DNA of 64,000 nucleotides from Candidatus Saccharimonadota bacterium (GCA_012965045.1 DTSZ01000001.1:591629-655628), one strand, 5' to 3'. Positions 17,761 to 28,252 are shown, counted from the stretch's first letter. The notes: generated by a model from the letters alone, not told the origin. A program made the numbers and translations.

Positions 17761-18159
17761 ATGCTTAAAGATGACAACGGCTTCACCCTAACTGAACTTA
17801 TAGTTGCAATCGTGGTTGCGGTTATTTTGCTGACTGTTGCTAGTAATGCAATTATCAATCTAAATCGACTTAGCGCCCGATCAAGAGCCTTAGCGATTGC
17901 AAATGCTGCTGCCGAAAACAAGACCGAGGAAATTCGGAGTATTGGCTATTTGAATCTGGATAGCGCTGGGGACGGCACTTTCAGTATAGACACCAGTGAC
18001 CTCCCTGATGAGTTAATAAATCCAGTGGCAAGCTACACGGTGTCCACACCTGAGACCGGCCTGAAACAAGTCGAGATTAACCTTGCATATGATGTAAATG
18101 GCGACACAGAAAACCTCAACTACACCACGTACATATCGGAGCTTGGCGTTGGACAATAA
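17761..18159 (+). CDS. Minor (pseudo)pilin.
   Basis: MLKDDNGFTLTELIVAIVVAVILL prepilin signal. Start set at ATG 17761. Confidence 0.8.
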   Translation: MLKDDNGFTLTELIVAIVVAVILLTVASNAIINLNRLSARSRALAIANAAAENKTEEIRSIGYLNLDSAGDGTFSIDTSDLPDELINPVASYTVSTPETGLKQVEINLAYDVNGDTENLNYTTYISELGVGQ

Positions 18160-18835
18160 CGACAGCACTCACCAAGCTGGCTTTACTATTTCAGAGCTAC
18201 TGGTAGCTCTGGTGGTGACGAGTGTAGTGATCGTAGCGATATTTCAGCTTTTTACGAGTTATTTTGGCGCAACCTTAAACAATGGTGCTCAGGTTAATCT
18301 AACTAATGAATCGCAAACTATTCTTAGAAAAATCGTTGAAGAAATACGGACAGGTTCAGCCATCCGTCAACAAAATTTAGTCCCTGACAGTAATGCACCA
18401 GGAGGCAATTGGCAAACATCTGAATCAGATGTAGTAATCATAATTGCTACCCCGACAATGAATGCCGATGGTGATTTTATAATCGACCCAAACACCGGCT
18501 CACCATACCAAACAGAGTATGTGTATTTTGTAGAAGACACCACGCTTTTCAGAAGAACGTTAGTGCCAGGCGGTGCATCCAGCAGCTCTCCTGCCGAAGA
18601 AACAAGCTGCCCTGAAGCTGTTAGTTCACCAAGTTGTCCGCCCGATCAAGTCATTACGTCCCATTATGCAGCAATGAATTTCGACTTCTTTGACCAGAAC
18701 AACGACGAGACGCCATCTCCGAGCTTAGCTCGTTCGTTAGTAATCAATATTACTCTACAAAGAAGCGGATTTGGTGAACCACGAACGGCCGAAAACCAAA
18801 TACGAATGACATTAAGAAACAACGAGGATTTTTGA
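18098..18835 (+). CDS. Minor (pseudo)pilin.
   Basis: AGFTISELLVALVVTSVVIVAIF prepilin signal. The true start is probably in-frame TTG 18143 or 18149, which would give a short leader. Confidence 0.75.
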   Translation: MATQKTSTTPRTYRSLALDNNDSTHQAGFTISELLVALVVTSVVIVAIFQLFTSYFGATLNNGAQVNLTNESQTILRKIVEEIRTGSAIRQQNLVPDSNAPGGNWQTSESDVVIIIATPTMNADGDFIIDPNTGSPYQTEYVYFVEDTTLFRRTLVPGGASSSSPAEETSCPEAVSSPSCPPDQVITSHYAAMNFDFFDQNNDETPSPSLARSLVINITLQRSGFGEPRTAENQIRMTLRNNEDF

Positions 18836-20223
18836 TGCCACACACCCTACATAACACGACCGAAAAAGGCTTTATTCTTCCGAGTATTGTCGTTCTTATT
18901 ACGTTCTTAATTGTGGTGGCTGCATCGTTTTTGCAGCTTGCTTCAAGTAGTTATTCTACTGCTATTGCTGATAAAACCATCGTCCTCGCCCAATTAGCAG
19001 CAGACGGAGGCATTGACTATTCAATGAACAAAATCAGCCAAGACCCAACCTGGCTTGGAACCGATGGTTTGGATGCAGATACCGATCCTGACGAAATAGA
19101 GCTCCACAATGACGGAACGTTTAGAACCACCTTCACTTCGCAAGTGTACAACCCTGCAGTTGATGAAAAATACTTTGAAATTACCGGCCGTTCCTACCGG
19201 CTAAGCGACAATAGCTTGCAAGCTACTCGCAGTTTTAGGGTTGACCTAAGCCCCGTTGTCTTCGGTGATGCCTCTATCATTACTGGCAATGGTGGCTTGG
19301 TTATGGACAACAGCTCAAAAGTAGTTGCTGGAAGTGTATTTATTAACGGCACCTTAACCATGAACAATAGTTCGCAAATTGGGCTTAGCGTTAATCCTGT
19401 CAGTGTAGAAGTAGCTCATTTCTCATGCCCAAACCCACCCGATGCAACATACCCACAACAATGTGCAGATGGTGAAAACGGTGAACCCATTACTATGAAT
19501 AACTCAGCCCATATATACGGTGATGTCCGGGCCACAAACCAAACAGACGGATCTGGCATGAGTGATGGCGGCCTGGTTCCAAACCAGACAGTCGCAGACA
19601 GAGAGTTACCGCCCCACGAGCGAGATACCCAAATAGCGGCTATTACTACCGAGCGCTCTGGCAACGATGCCTCGTGCACCAGTAACAACGGAGTGGAAAT
19701 CTGGGAAGCTAATACAAAAATCAATGGCAATGTTACTGTTTCAAAAAAATGCACAGTAATTATCGAGGGCGATATTTGGATAACAGGCGATTTCACGATG
19801 CGTAATCAAGGGAAAATTATTGTTGACGATCTAGTATCAACTACTCCCTACATCATGATCGATGGTGACGACATAGATTTTATGAATAGCACAGAAATTA
19901 TAGCCAACAACTTCGATGTAGGAGCTAATATCATTGGCTACTACAGTACTGCTCCTTGTTCACCAGACTGTAGTAACGTCACTGGCCCAGATTTTGAATC
20001 CTCTAAAGACCTCGAAACTATTACGATCAATAATTCTCTGAGCGCGCCAAATACCTTGTTTTATGCTCGATGGACAAAACTTACTGTTTTTAACAGTGGG
20101 TCAATTGGCGCACTAGTTGGACAGACAATTCATCTTAGAAACTCAGCTGCTGTCACTTTTGGTACAGACATAAGTGGTACTGGTACTCAAATATGGGTAA
20201 TCCGGACCTATAAGCGTATTTAA
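18832..20223 (+). CDS. Large pilus-associated protein with a PilX_N-like hydrophobic N-terminus and beta-helix-like repeats.
   Basis: [22 protein letters not shown]-terminus. Operon position after the minor pilins. Repetitive N/G/S-rich segments. Confidence 0.55.
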   Translation: MMPHTLHNTTEKGFILPSIVVLITFLIVVAASFLQLASSSYSTAIADKTIVLAQLAADGGIDYSMNKISQDPTWLGTDGLDADTDPDEIELHNDGTFRTTFTSQVYNPAVDEKYFEITGRSYRLSDNSLQATRSFRVDLSPVVFGDASIITGNGGLVMDNSSKVVAGSVFINGTLTMNNSSQIGLSVNPVSVEVAHFSCPNPPDATYPQQCADGENGEPITMNNSAHIYGDVRATNQTDGSGMSDGGLVPNQTVADRELPPHERDTQIAAITTERSGNDASCTSNNGVEIWEANTKINGNVTVSKKCTVIIEGDIWITGDFTMRNQGKIIVDDLVSTTPYIMIDGDDIDFMNSTEIIANNFDVGANIIGYYSTAPCSPDCSNVTGPDFESSKDLETITINNSLSAPNTLFYARWTKLTVFNSGSIGALVGQTIHLRNSAAVTFGTDISGTGTQIWVIRTYKRI

Positions 20224-21290
20224 AGTAAAGAATTTTGCCCGTCATCAGATTGATCTGATTGCTGTTGTCCGCTTAAGCTATCTATAATTGGTCGGTTTAG
20301 GTGCTTATATGCCTTGTGAGTGACTTGTCTTCCTCGGGGTGTTCGCTGCAGCATACCGATTTGCATTAAAAATGGCTCATAAAAGTCTTCAATTGTTGAA
20401 CGCTCGTCGGCGGTCAGCGCAGCAATCGTGTCGAGTCCAACAGGCTTCATGCCGTAGTTATCAATAATTGCTTCCAACACACGCCGATCGGCTGGGTCTA
20501 AGCCAAGCTCATCAACTTCAAGCAGGTTTAAACCATCGACGGCAACCTGATGGGTTATAATTCCCTGCCCTTCAACCTGAGCATAGTCGCGCGTTCGTTT
20601 AAGCAGCCTATTCGCGATTCTCGGCGTTAGGCGAGCTCGTTGAGCTAAAATTACTGCTGCTTCTCTAGCCAGCTCCACCTCTAAAATTCCGGCCGCTCGT
20701 TGAATGATTTGTACCATTTCCGCAATTTCGTAAAATTCTAAGCGGTGCACTATGCCAAACCTATCACGGAGCGGTGCGCTAAGCGCTCCGGCACGGGTCG
20801 TTGCTCCAATTACCGTAAACTTAGGCAGATCTAATCGCAAACTTCGAGCTGACGGCCCCTTACCGAGCATAATGTCCAATTTAAAATCTTCCATTGCCGA
20901 ATATAAAACTTCTTCCACGGTACGATTTAGCCGATGTATTTCATCTATAAACAGGATGTCGTTTTCCTGTAGATTCGTCAGCATACTAGCCAAATCACCA
21001 GCTCGTTCAATGGCCGGACCGCTGGTTGCTTTTAGCTGAACACCCATTTCGTTAGCTATCACCCAAGCCATGGTCGTCTTGCCTAGACCCGGTGGGCCAA
21101 ACAACAAAACATGGTCAACGGCATCACCACGTTGCTTAGCAGCTTTTATAGCCAGTTGAAGGTTTTTCTTTAGTCGTTCTTGGCCAATATAGCTCGCAAA
21201 ATCTTGCGGCCGCAGACTGTTTTCTACAGCGACTTCTTCGTTGTCTTCTGGTTCGTCGCTGGTGGCATTAACTATTCTGTCGATACTCAT
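20220..21290 (-). CDS. ruvB: Holliday junction helicase RuvB.
   Basis: [15 protein letters not shown] and the full RuvB pattern. Confidence 0.97.
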   Translation of the reverse strand: MSIDRIVNATSDEPEDNEEVAVENSLRPQDFASYIGQERLKKNLQLAIKAAKQRGDAVDHVLLFGPPGLGKTTMAWVIANEMGVQLKATSGPAIERAGDLASMLTNLQENDILFIDEIHRLNRTVEEVLYSAMEDFKLDIMLGKGPSARSLRLDLPKFTVIGATTRAGALSAPLRDRFGIVHRLEFYEIAEMVQIIQRAAGILEVELAREAAVILAQRARLTPRIANRLLKRTRDYAQVEGQGIITHQVAVDGLNLLEVDELGLDPADRRVLEAIIDNYGMKPVGLDTIAALTADERSTIEDFYEPFLMQIGMLQRTPRGRQVTHKAYKHLNRPIIDSLSGQQQSDQSDDGQNSLL

Positions 21291-21856
21291 GCTAGCTCCT
21301 TCAAAGCCGCTCGTATTCGGGCCTCGGTACCTTCAGCGTCAACATTAGCTAGGGCTTGCAAGGCCTGCTGAGAACTATAGCCAAGTGCGATCAACGCTTG
21401 CAGCGCTTCGTCGTTTCCTTGCGAGTTCCCCATTGTAGCTTTTTCGTACAAGACATCTTGGCCTAATTTATCGCGCAACTCTACAACAACACGCTCGGCG
21501 GTTTTTTTGCCAACTCCGCTGGCGCCAGAAATGTAGGCATTATTACCGCTCGCAATAGCTTGCTTGATTGAGGCAACAGGACCTAAGTCAAGGATAGCTA
21601 ACCCTGCTTTTGGGCCAATTCCGTTAATACTAATTAAATCTTCGAACAAATTAAGGGCATCGGTGCTGCTAAACCCATATAAATCATGCGCTTTTTCTTG
21701 TATATGCTCGTAAATAAACACCTCAAGTGATTGGGCAAGTTTAATGTGATCAAGGTCTTCTCGGCTGACATGCACGCCGTAACCAACCCCATTAACATTA
21801 ATGGTAACTTTTGATTTTCCAACAAAAACAACAGAGCCTGAAAGATACGAAATCAT
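21287..21856 (-). CDS. ruvA: Holliday junction DNA-binding protein RuvA.
   Basis: MISYLSG start, HhH motifs ([24 protein letters not shown]). Start set at ATG 21856. Confidence 0.9.
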   Translation of the reverse strand: MISYLSGSVVFVGKSKVTINVNGVGYGVHVSREDLDHIKLAQSLEVFIYEHIQEKAHDLYGFSSTDALNLFEDLISINGIGPKAGLAILDLGPVASIKQAIASGNNAYISGASGVGKKTAERVVVELRDKLGQDVLYEKATMGNSQGNDEALQALIALGYSSQQALQALANVDAEGTEARIRAALKELA

Positions 21857-21883
21857 GCCCAAAGTATAACAAATATACACTTT

Positions 21884-21909
21884 TTAACGATCGTAAAAAT
21901 TTGTATACT
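21884..21909. repeat. 26-bp direct repeat R1 (TTAACGATCGTAAAAATTTGTATACT) in the ruvA/PaaX-like divergent region.
   Basis: 24 of 26 positions identical to R2 at 22476-22501. Contains the ACGATCGT palindrome. Confidence 0.7.
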
Positions 21910-21915
21910 CTAATC

Positions 21916-22464
21916 ATGTCAACGCGAGCAGCAGACCAAGCCAGTGCTCAAATCCTAAAAACATGCCTTCAGCTATTAAAAGATGCTGGTGGCTTAAGCC
22001 GAGACACGTTAAAAAACACCCTCACAAAACTCGATTTTGACCTATCTAACCGTCTCGTTAATTTACGCGTAAATTCTGTAATTTTGCGGGCTCGATCATC
22101 GCAGTTTATCGAAGAAGAAAATGGTCAATTAACGGTAACCTCTGCCGGTGTACTGCAGCTACAAAAACTAATACGGATCACTGACTTTAAGTTTCTTAAA
22201 AGCCAGCCATGGGACAATAAATGGAGGCTACTAAGTTACGATGTTCCAGAAACCGAACGTCAACTTCGCAATGAACTACGTGCCCTTATTAAGCAAGCGG
22301 ACTTTACTTTATTGCAGCGAAGTCTATGGATTACGCCGTACGCCTGCGAAAAACTCTTAGAAGATTTACTAGACAACTACCCAGATTACGTACAGCTATT
22401 TATCGTCAGCTCCATTAAGGGCGACATGAATTTTAGCGCAAATTTCAAAAACTACATCGACTAA
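21916..22464 (+). CDS. PaaX-like transcriptional regulator.
   Basis: The C-terminal pattern WDNKWRLLSYDVPETERQLRNELRALIKQADFTLLQRSLWITPY matches the PaaX C-domain signature. Confidence 0.6.
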   Translation: MSTRAADQASAQILKTCLQLLKDAGGLSRDTLKNTLTKLDFDLSNRLVNLRVNSVILRARSSQFIEEENGQLTVTSAGVLQLQKLIRITDFKFLKSQPWDNKWRLLSYDVPETERQLRNELRALIKQADFTLLQRSLWITPYACEKLLEDLLDNYPDYVQLFIVSSIKGDMNFSANFKNYID

Positions 22465-22475
22465 CTATACAAAAA

Positions 22476-22501
22476 TTAACGATCGTAAAATTTTGTATAG
22501 T
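22476..22501. repeat. 26-bp direct repeat R2, embedded in a roughly 36-bp palindrome after the PaaX-like gene.
   Basis: ctatacaaaaattaacgatcgtaaaattttgtatag. Confidence 0.7.
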
Positions 22502-22543
22502 CCGAGCGCTGCACCGGTATTGATAATTCAGCGACTGGTTAAT

Positions 22544-23011
22544 TTAGATTGTAAATCCGTGAGTTAGGGCTACGGCTAGGCCATCGGCTGCGTCGTCGGG
22601 TCGAGGAATGTCTTTTAGTTTCAACAGAGTTTTTACCATTTCTTGAACTTGAATTTTTTCCGCCTTACCATAACCGGTCATAGCCTGTTTAATCTGCAGC
22701 GGTGTGTACTCTGCTATCTGTAAATTCGCTTTGGCAGCGGCAAGTAAAACAACTCCACGGGCTTCGCTTACTGTCATTGCTGTCGTTATATTTGTGTTAA
22801 AAAATAGCTTTTCGATCGCCAGGGTGCTTGGTGTATGCTCTTGAATTAATTCCGTTACACAATCAAAAATAATTTGCAGTCGCTCGCCTTGGGGCTGATG
22901 GGCTTTGGTTCGAATCACTCCTGCATCAAGCATTTTTGGCTTAGCTTTAATAACTTCGATCACGCCAAAACCAGTTATACCGGTGCCTGGATCTATGCCG
23001 AGGATTTTCAT
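22544..23011 (-). CDS. ruvC: Holliday junction resolvase RuvC.
   Basis: MKILGIDPGTGITGFGVIE, and a C-terminal DAADGLAVA. Confidence 0.93.
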   Translation of the reverse strand: MKILGIDPGTGITGFGVIEVIKAKPKMLDAGVIRTKAHQPQGERLQIIFDCVTELIQEHTPSTLAIEKLFFNTNITTAMTVSEARGVVLLAAAKANLQIAEYTPLQIKQAMTGYGKAEKIQVQEMVKTLLKLKDIPRPDDAADGLAVALTHGFTI

Positions 23012-23472
23012 TAAATTACGTATTTTCGCCAGTCAACACTACTAGCAATTCTTATGTTGTTCAAATCTTTTAGATTCACCCATTCCGGAAATTTAGCATA
23101 TTCCTTTTCGTCCTCATCAAAACCATCAACTGAAAGTTCACCACCGACGTAATTGCATTTGCAATAAATCATTAACGAATGAAATGGAGGGCTGCCTGGT
23201 TTATGAGGTTTATAGAAACTAGTTTCAAAACCAACAAAACTCTGAAACGTGGCCTCTATACCGGTTTCTTCTTTTACTTCTCGCTCTACAGCTTGAATGT
23301 GGGTTTCGCCAAGCTCAATCCCGCCGCCTGGCAAGTCGTAACCTTCAAATTGAGGCGAAAGCAAAATCTTTCCCTCATGAATTACAATGCCATAAATTGA
23401 CGGCCTAAACTCTAGGTCTGTTGAATCTACTTTATGCTGTTTGCCGTTGACGTCCTTAGCGATTACTTTCAT
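23011..23472 (-). CDS. Nudix hydrolase.
   Basis: Nudix box GGGIELGETHIQAVEREVKEETGI. Confidence 0.85.
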   Translation of the reverse strand: MKVIAKDVNGKQHKVDSTDLEFRPSIYGIVIHEGKILLSPQFEGYDLPGGGIELGETHIQAVEREVKEETGIEATFQSFVGFETSFYKPHKPGSPPFHSLMIYCKCNYVGGELSVDGFDEDEKEYAKFPEWVNLKDLNNIRIASSVDWRKYVI

Positions 23473-24194
23473 TAGGCTATGTCAAAATTAGTATAAGTCT
23501 CGACAACATCATCAAGCTCATCAAGTGCGTCCATAAGCTTCATCACTTTTTGTTGTTTTTCTTCGTCGTCAATTAGCATTGTTGCTTTTGGTTCGTAGCT
23601 GGCAGTGGCATCGGTCACGGTAAAGCCTTCGGATTTTAGAGTGTCTCGCACTTTGCCAAGATCTTGGAGCTCGGTGTACACAATCCATGAGTCGTCAGAG
23701 TCAGCAATGTCGCTTGCGCCTGCTTCAATTGCCGTTAATTGGTCGCTGTCGTCATCGCCAGTCTTTTTGATTGTTATTACACCTTTTCTGTCGAATAAAT
23801 AGCTAACGGCGCCACTTTCGGCCAAATTACCGCCGTTTTTGGTAAAGGCAGTTTTTACAAATGTAAGTGTACGGTTAGTGTTATCGGTTGCGCATTCGAT
23901 CAACACAGCCACACCTGCGGGGCCGTAGCCTTCATACATTACTTCTTCTACTTGGGCTCCGCCAAGTTCGCCGGCACCACGTTTAATAGCCCGCTCAATA
24001 TTAGCGTTTGGCATATTTGATTGTTTGGCTTTTTCAATTGCAAGCGCCAGTGTCGGGTTCATGTCGGGGTCTTTGCCGCCAGACTTAACAGCAATTGCTA
24101 TGCCGTTACCGAGCTTAGTAAATATAGCGCCGCGCTTAGCGTCGTTAGCGCCTTTGTCTCGTTTGATTTTTGCCCATTTAGAATGTCCAGCCAT
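23472..24194 (-). CDS. YebC/PmpR-family transcriptional regulator.
   Basis: MAGHSKWAKIKRDKG start and full family collinearity. Confidence 0.93.
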   Translation of the reverse strand: MAGHSKWAKIKRDKGANDAKRGAIFTKLGNGIAIAVKSGGKDPDMNPTLALAIEKAKQSNMPNANIERAIKRGAGELGGAQVEEVMYEGYGPAGVAVLIECATDNTNRTLTFVKTAFTKNGGNLAESGAVSYLFDRKGVITIKKTGDDDSDQLTAIEAGASDIADSDDSWIVYTELQDLGKVRDTLKSEGFTVTDATASYEPKATMLIDDEEKQQKVMKLMDALDELDDVVETYTNFDIA

Positions 24195-24206
24195 GCAAAT
24201 TAGTAT

Positions 24207-24233
24207 AAAGGTGAAAGGTCAAAGGTGAAAGGC
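24207..24233. repeat. Tandem heptamer (AAAGGTN) x about 3.9 in the comEC-yebC spacer.
   Basis: aaaggtg aaaggtc aaaggtg aaaggc. On the mRNA strand it reads CCUUUCA/CCUUUGA. Confidence 0.8.
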
Positions 24234-24237
24234 TTAC

Positions 24238-25683
24238 CTACTCAATCACTTCGCTGGCGTTTAGTTGGCTACCAGATTTTTTATAAAGAATTAAAATGAC
24301 ACCCAGGATTGATGCATAAACACCAATCATGCCAACTGTCGATAAATTAATGGTTACCAGCGCATAAGGAATTTGCGCTAACAATGTCACCAGCGAAGTT
24401 ATGAGTTCTAAAATAAATCGAGCTGGCCAAGCAAACCAACCAGCGAGTGGGGTTATGAGCCAACCGCTAAGACCGGCAATAAATGTCAAAAGCATGGCCA
24501 ACGGAATTAACGGCAAAATAATCGCATTGGCCAAAATTGCAATTAACGAAAATTCTCCAAAAATAGCGCCAATTAGCGGCATAGTTAATAACTGGGCGCA
24601 TGATGTTTCAAGCACTATTTGCATAATTGTGTTTGGTTTTTTGTCGCCGTACAGGCGTTTTGTAACCAGTGGCGCCAATATAAGCACGCCAATAAATGCC
24701 AGAAACGACAGCCACCAACCAAGATCACTCCATAAAAATTGCGGATTTAACCCAGCTGTGATTGCGCCGGACAATAACAGCAGCATAGTCGGGCTGACTT
24801 TTCGCCCCCAATACCACGCCAGCAAGGCCAGACTGGTCACCACCCCAGCACGAGCAATTGACGGACTTATACCTGTTATGGCGATAAAACTAATAATTAA
24901 CGCAAAAGAGCCACTGACAGCCCAGTACTTAGAAAATTTTGCCAAGCTACGCCGCATCAAACGCACTAAAATAGTAAGGTTGTAACCACTAACCGCAACA
25001 ATATGAGTTAGCCCCGTAACACTAAGTGCACTCAATAAATCATCTGGCAGCAAGGTTCTGCCACCAACTAAAAAACCGAGGCCTAAACTGCTCTCGGGTT
25101 CTGGTAATGAGCTGTACGTGCCGGCAAAAAAGTTCTTACGAACTGAGTTTATTGGGCTGTCTGTTCTGGCTAGAACATCTACTTGTGCAAACGAAATATC
25201 AGCATTATCGCTTCCATAGCCCGATTTAATCGTGCCGCGCACCTGCACCCTGTCGCCGCGCTGTAGACTCGTTATACCAAAACCAGAAACTTCTACCCTA
25301 CCCGGCAACTTATTTTCTTCGAACACAACCTGCCCTATGTGAAATTCTCTTTGAAAAAATCTATTGTAGACAGGATCATCTTCGACCACTCCCTCTATAA
25401 TCACCGATTGTCCCACTAGTTTTTCGTATACGTTAGTGGCACTAATTTCCTGTTGTCCGCGAATAAAACCAAGGCTCAATCCCAGTAACAGCGCTGCTAC
25501 TATTGCTGGCAATTTCTTTGTAAAAACTAAAGGCCCGCTCACTATTCCAAGTAATAGGATCGTTGCCGAAATAGTCGGCCAGTGCGCCGCCCACCACAGT
25601 CCAAGCAAAAATGTTAATAAAAATATCTGAATTTTTGTAGTTCGCCGAAAGCGAACTTGACCCAGGCGTAACAGATAAGGCAT
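24238..25683 (-). CDS. comEC: ComEC/Rec2 DNA-uptake channel, with the OB-like N-domain and competence domain but no metallo-beta-lactamase domain.
   Basis: 481 aa and multi-TM. LTGLTHIVAVSGYNLTIL competence-domain motif. Confidence 0.85.
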   Translation of the reverse strand: MPYLLRLGQVRFRRTTKIQIFLLTFLLGLWWAAHWPTISATILLLGIVSGPLVFTKKLPAIVAALLLGLSLGFIRGQQEISATNVYEKLVGQSVIIEGVVEDDPVYNRFFQREFHIGQVVFEENKLPGRVEVSGFGITSLQRGDRVQVRGTIKSGYGSDNADISFAQVDVLARTDSPINSVRKNFFAGTYSSLPEPESSLGLGFLVGGRTLLPDDLLSALSVTGLTHIVAVSGYNLTILVRLMRRSLAKFSKYWAVSGSFALIISFIAITGISPSIARAGVVTSLALLAWYWGRKVSPTMLLLLSGAITAGLNPQFLWSDLGWWLSFLAFIGVLILAPLVTKRLYGDKKPNTIMQIVLETSCAQLLTMPLIGAIFGEFSLIAILANAIILPLIPLAMLLTFIAGLSGWLITPLAGWFAWPARFILELITSLVTLLAQIPYALVTINLSTVGMIGVYASILGVILILYKKSGSQLNASEVIE

Positions 25684-25726
25684 AGTAATGGCAGGTTAGC
25701 AAAATAAAAAACACAAGCCCAAACAA

Positions 25727-27406
25727 ATGCATCACGATCTATTTACAGAACTTAGTTTAATTCTCGTTGTAGCGGGAACTGTTTCTGCTGTCATGAAGTT
25801 ACTGAAGCAACCATTAATTATCGGTCATATTTTTACCGGACTACTGCTAGGACCTTATTTACTTAACGCTATAAACTCACCAGACCAAATTAATGAATTA
25901 TCGTCGTTTGGCATTACCTTGCTGCTGTTTATTATTGGCCTGGGCCTAAACCCAAGAGTTATACGCGAAATCGGTAAAGCCGCAATAATTATTGGTCTTG
26001 GGCAGGTAATTTTTACGGCCCTTTTTGGATATGCGATTAGCAATCTACTTGGCTTTACCCCCAAAGAAAGCTTTTATATTGCTATCGCCTTGACCATGAG
26101 CAGCACCATTATTGCGCTTAAAATAATTTCTGACAAACGCGACACCCCCCAGTTATACGCCAAAATAACCACTGGTATTTTGTTAGTTCAAGACCTTGTG
26201 GCAACCATGTTATTAATCGCAGTTGCTGGTATGGGTTCCGGCTCGCTGCCGCTACCTGAGCTTTCAAGAACACTAGGCTGGGCAATTCTGCTTGGTGTTG
26301 GTGTGTACTGTGCTGGGACCTATTTGCTGCCGCGAATTGAAAAATTTATTAGCGATAGTCAAGAATATTTATTTATTTTCTCTGTGGCTTGGGGTTTTGG
26401 TATCGCCAGCTTGTTTTCAATGGCTGGGCTATCAATTGAAGTCGGTGCCTTGTTTGCCGGCGTAGCCCTTGCCGCTCAGCCATATGCCCAGCAAATGAGC
26501 TCTCGCCTCAAGCCACTCCGTGACTTCTTTATTATTATTTTCTTTATTGTTCTTGGCGCTCGACTAGAATTTACAAACCCTGGTGCATTACTTCTTCCGG
26601 GGGTATCGCTTGCGCTATTCGTTCTGTTTGGCAACCCGCTAATTATCATGATAATCATGGGCTTTTTGGGCTACACCAAGAAAACCAGTTTTCGAGCTGG
26701 CCTGAACTTAGCTCAAATCAGCGAGTTTTCATTAGTCCTAATACTTTTGGCACTCGAATATAACCAAATCAGTCAAGAAATTGTTTCAGTTGTAACCATT
26801 GTAGGCCTTATTACAATTGCTGGCAGCACATACATGATGCTCTACGACAACAAACTCTATAGCGTGCTAGAAAAACGTCTTAGCATGTTTGAGCGCAAAA
26901 AAGTACCACTCAAGCAAAAAGAACTTGGCAAATCTCCAGAAATTATATTATTTGGCTATGCGCGTGGCGGGCATGAATTCGTCCGTGGATTTAAAAAGCT
27001 CAAGAAAGACTTTTTAGTTGTTGACTACGACCCAGAAGCGGCCGATGCGCTAAAGAATGCTGGCCTACCACACGCCTACGGCGATGCGTCTGACGCAGAA
27101 TTTTTAGAAGAAATCGATATAGCCCACGCAAAATTAGTTATTTCAACGGTTTTGGACTTTCAAACAAACTTGTTTTTGACCGAATATACTCATAGCCAGA
27201 ACAAACAGGCTATTATTATTGCCCGCAGCGAAAACCCCGAAGAAGCCGCAGAGCTATACGAAATGGGAGCAACGTATGTGATGATGCCGCACTACATCGG
27301 CAGCGAACGAGTCAGCAAAATGATTAGCCGCAATGGTCTGCGAAAAGGAGACTTTACCCCAGCCCGTGAAAAGCACTTACGATATGTGCAACGGCATTTA
27401 GTCTAG
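25727..27406 (+). CDS. CPA2 (Kef-type) cation:proton antiporter with a C-terminal RCK/TrkA-N domain.
   Basis: Roughly 12 TM segments with an Na_H exchanger pattern. IILFGYARGGHEF Rossmann start. Confidence 0.85.
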   Translation: MHHDLFTELSLILVVAGTVSAVMKLLKQPLIIGHIFTGLLLGPYLLNAINSPDQINELSSFGITLLLFIIGLGLNPRVIREIGKAAIIIGLGQVIFTALFGYAISNLLGFTPKESFYIAIALTMSSTIIALKIISDKRDTPQLYAKITTGILLVQDLVATMLLIAVAGMGSGSLPLPELSRTLGWAILLGVGVYCAGTYLLPRIEKFISDSQEYLFIFSVAWGFGIASLFSMAGLSIEVGALFAGVALAAQPYAQQMSSRLKPLRDFFIIIFFIVLGARLEFTNPGALLLPGVSLALFVLFGNPLIIMIIMGFLGYTKKTSFRAGLNLAQISEFSLVLILLALEYNQISQEIVSVVTIVGLITIAGSTYMMLYDNKLYSVLEKRLSMFERKKVPLKQKELGKSPEIILFGYARGGHEFVRGFKKLKKDFLVVDYDPEAADALKNAGLPHAYGDASDAEFLEEIDIAHAKLVISTVLDFQTNLFLTEYTHSQNKQAIIIARSENPEEAAELYEMGATYVMMPHYIGSERVSKMISRNGLRKGDFTPAREKHLRYVQRHLV

Positions 27407-27426
27407 GAAGTTAAAACTATAGGATA

Positions 27427-27608
27427 AGGGGTGTGGTGGGACTCGCCAAAAGTATTTTTCTGGTGAAAAATCTTTTCGATCGTACTCTAGCGCCGGCGCA
27501 CTCCGGTCTTGCGAGAAGCAGACATGCATTTCTCACCCAACTGGGTTCGAGTCATTAAAACTGTCCAATTTAAAACCCGCCAAAAGGCGGGCGTTAAATT
27601 GGAGGGAC
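27427..27608 (-). repeat. Copy B (degenerate, orphan) of the tRNA-linked structured repeat, including its terminator hairpin and a tggaggga tRNA-Lys end fragment.
   Basis: Shares gtgggactcgcc, TCTTGCGA..hairpin..TTTCTCACCC, TAAAACTGTCCAATTTAAAACCCGCC...GGCGGG and AAATTGGAGGG with copy C. No tRNA is adjacent. Confidence 0.6.
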
Positions 27609-27644
27609 GTATGTATCGTTATTGCAACTAAAATAAATCTGCAA

Positions 27645-28151
27645 CTACTCAACGTTAAAAGTTAGAATGTTCGATTCGAAACCTTGCCATTGGAGTTTTG
27701 CTTGATGTTCGCCCGGTGGCAATTTTAATTCGTCACTAAATCCGATGTAATCACTGCTTATATCGTGAGAAAAGTCATCTACCAGCGTAAAAGGGTATTC
27801 ATACGTGATGGTTTTGTTTGAGCCGATATTTATATCTGTAAGCGCATCACCACAGGCATAGTACAGACCAATTGGTTGTTCATTTATATAAAACGTACCC
27901 TCGGTACATGTGGAAGAAAACGTATATGTTTTTGCACTTGTTGTTGGGTTGTTAATGAATGACTTGAAGGTAATTGATTCACCTATTGAATAGATGCTTT
28001 TGTGTAATCCTAGTTGTATATTCAACTCCCCATTCGTAGGTTCAGATACATTCTCATGTTTGACAAGCTTAGTCATTACTAAAAATAAACCAACTCCAGC
28101 TACTATTGCAATCAATAAAGCAATGATAGTAATTTTAACTTTTTTACTCAT
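27645..28151 (-). CDS. Small N-terminally anchored secreted protein (168 aa) lying between repeat copies B and C.
   Basis: N-terminal TM (ITIIALLIAIVAGVGLFLVM). The beta-rich body has weak resemblance to BsuPI-type inhibitor folds, at low certainty. Confidence 0.6.
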   Translation of the reverse strand: MSKKVKITIIALLIAIVAGVGLFLVMTKLVKHENVSEPTNGELNIQLGLHKSIYSIGESITFKSFINNPTTSAKTYTFSSTCTEGTFYINEQPIGLYYACGDALTDINIGSNKTITYEYPFTLVDDFSHDISSDYIGFSDELKLPPGEHQAKLQWQGFESNILTFNVE

Positions 28152-28222
28152 GACTTAACTATAACAAAAATGCTACAACATTAGTTGCGGCATTCTCATT
28201 TGAGTTATGATTTTGACCATAT

Positions 28223-28252
28223 AAAAACACCTACGGCGAGATAGGTGTTTTT
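28223..28252. terminator. Bidirectional terminator hairpin.
   Basis: aaaaacaccta-cggcgaga-taggtgttttt. Confidence 0.65.
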
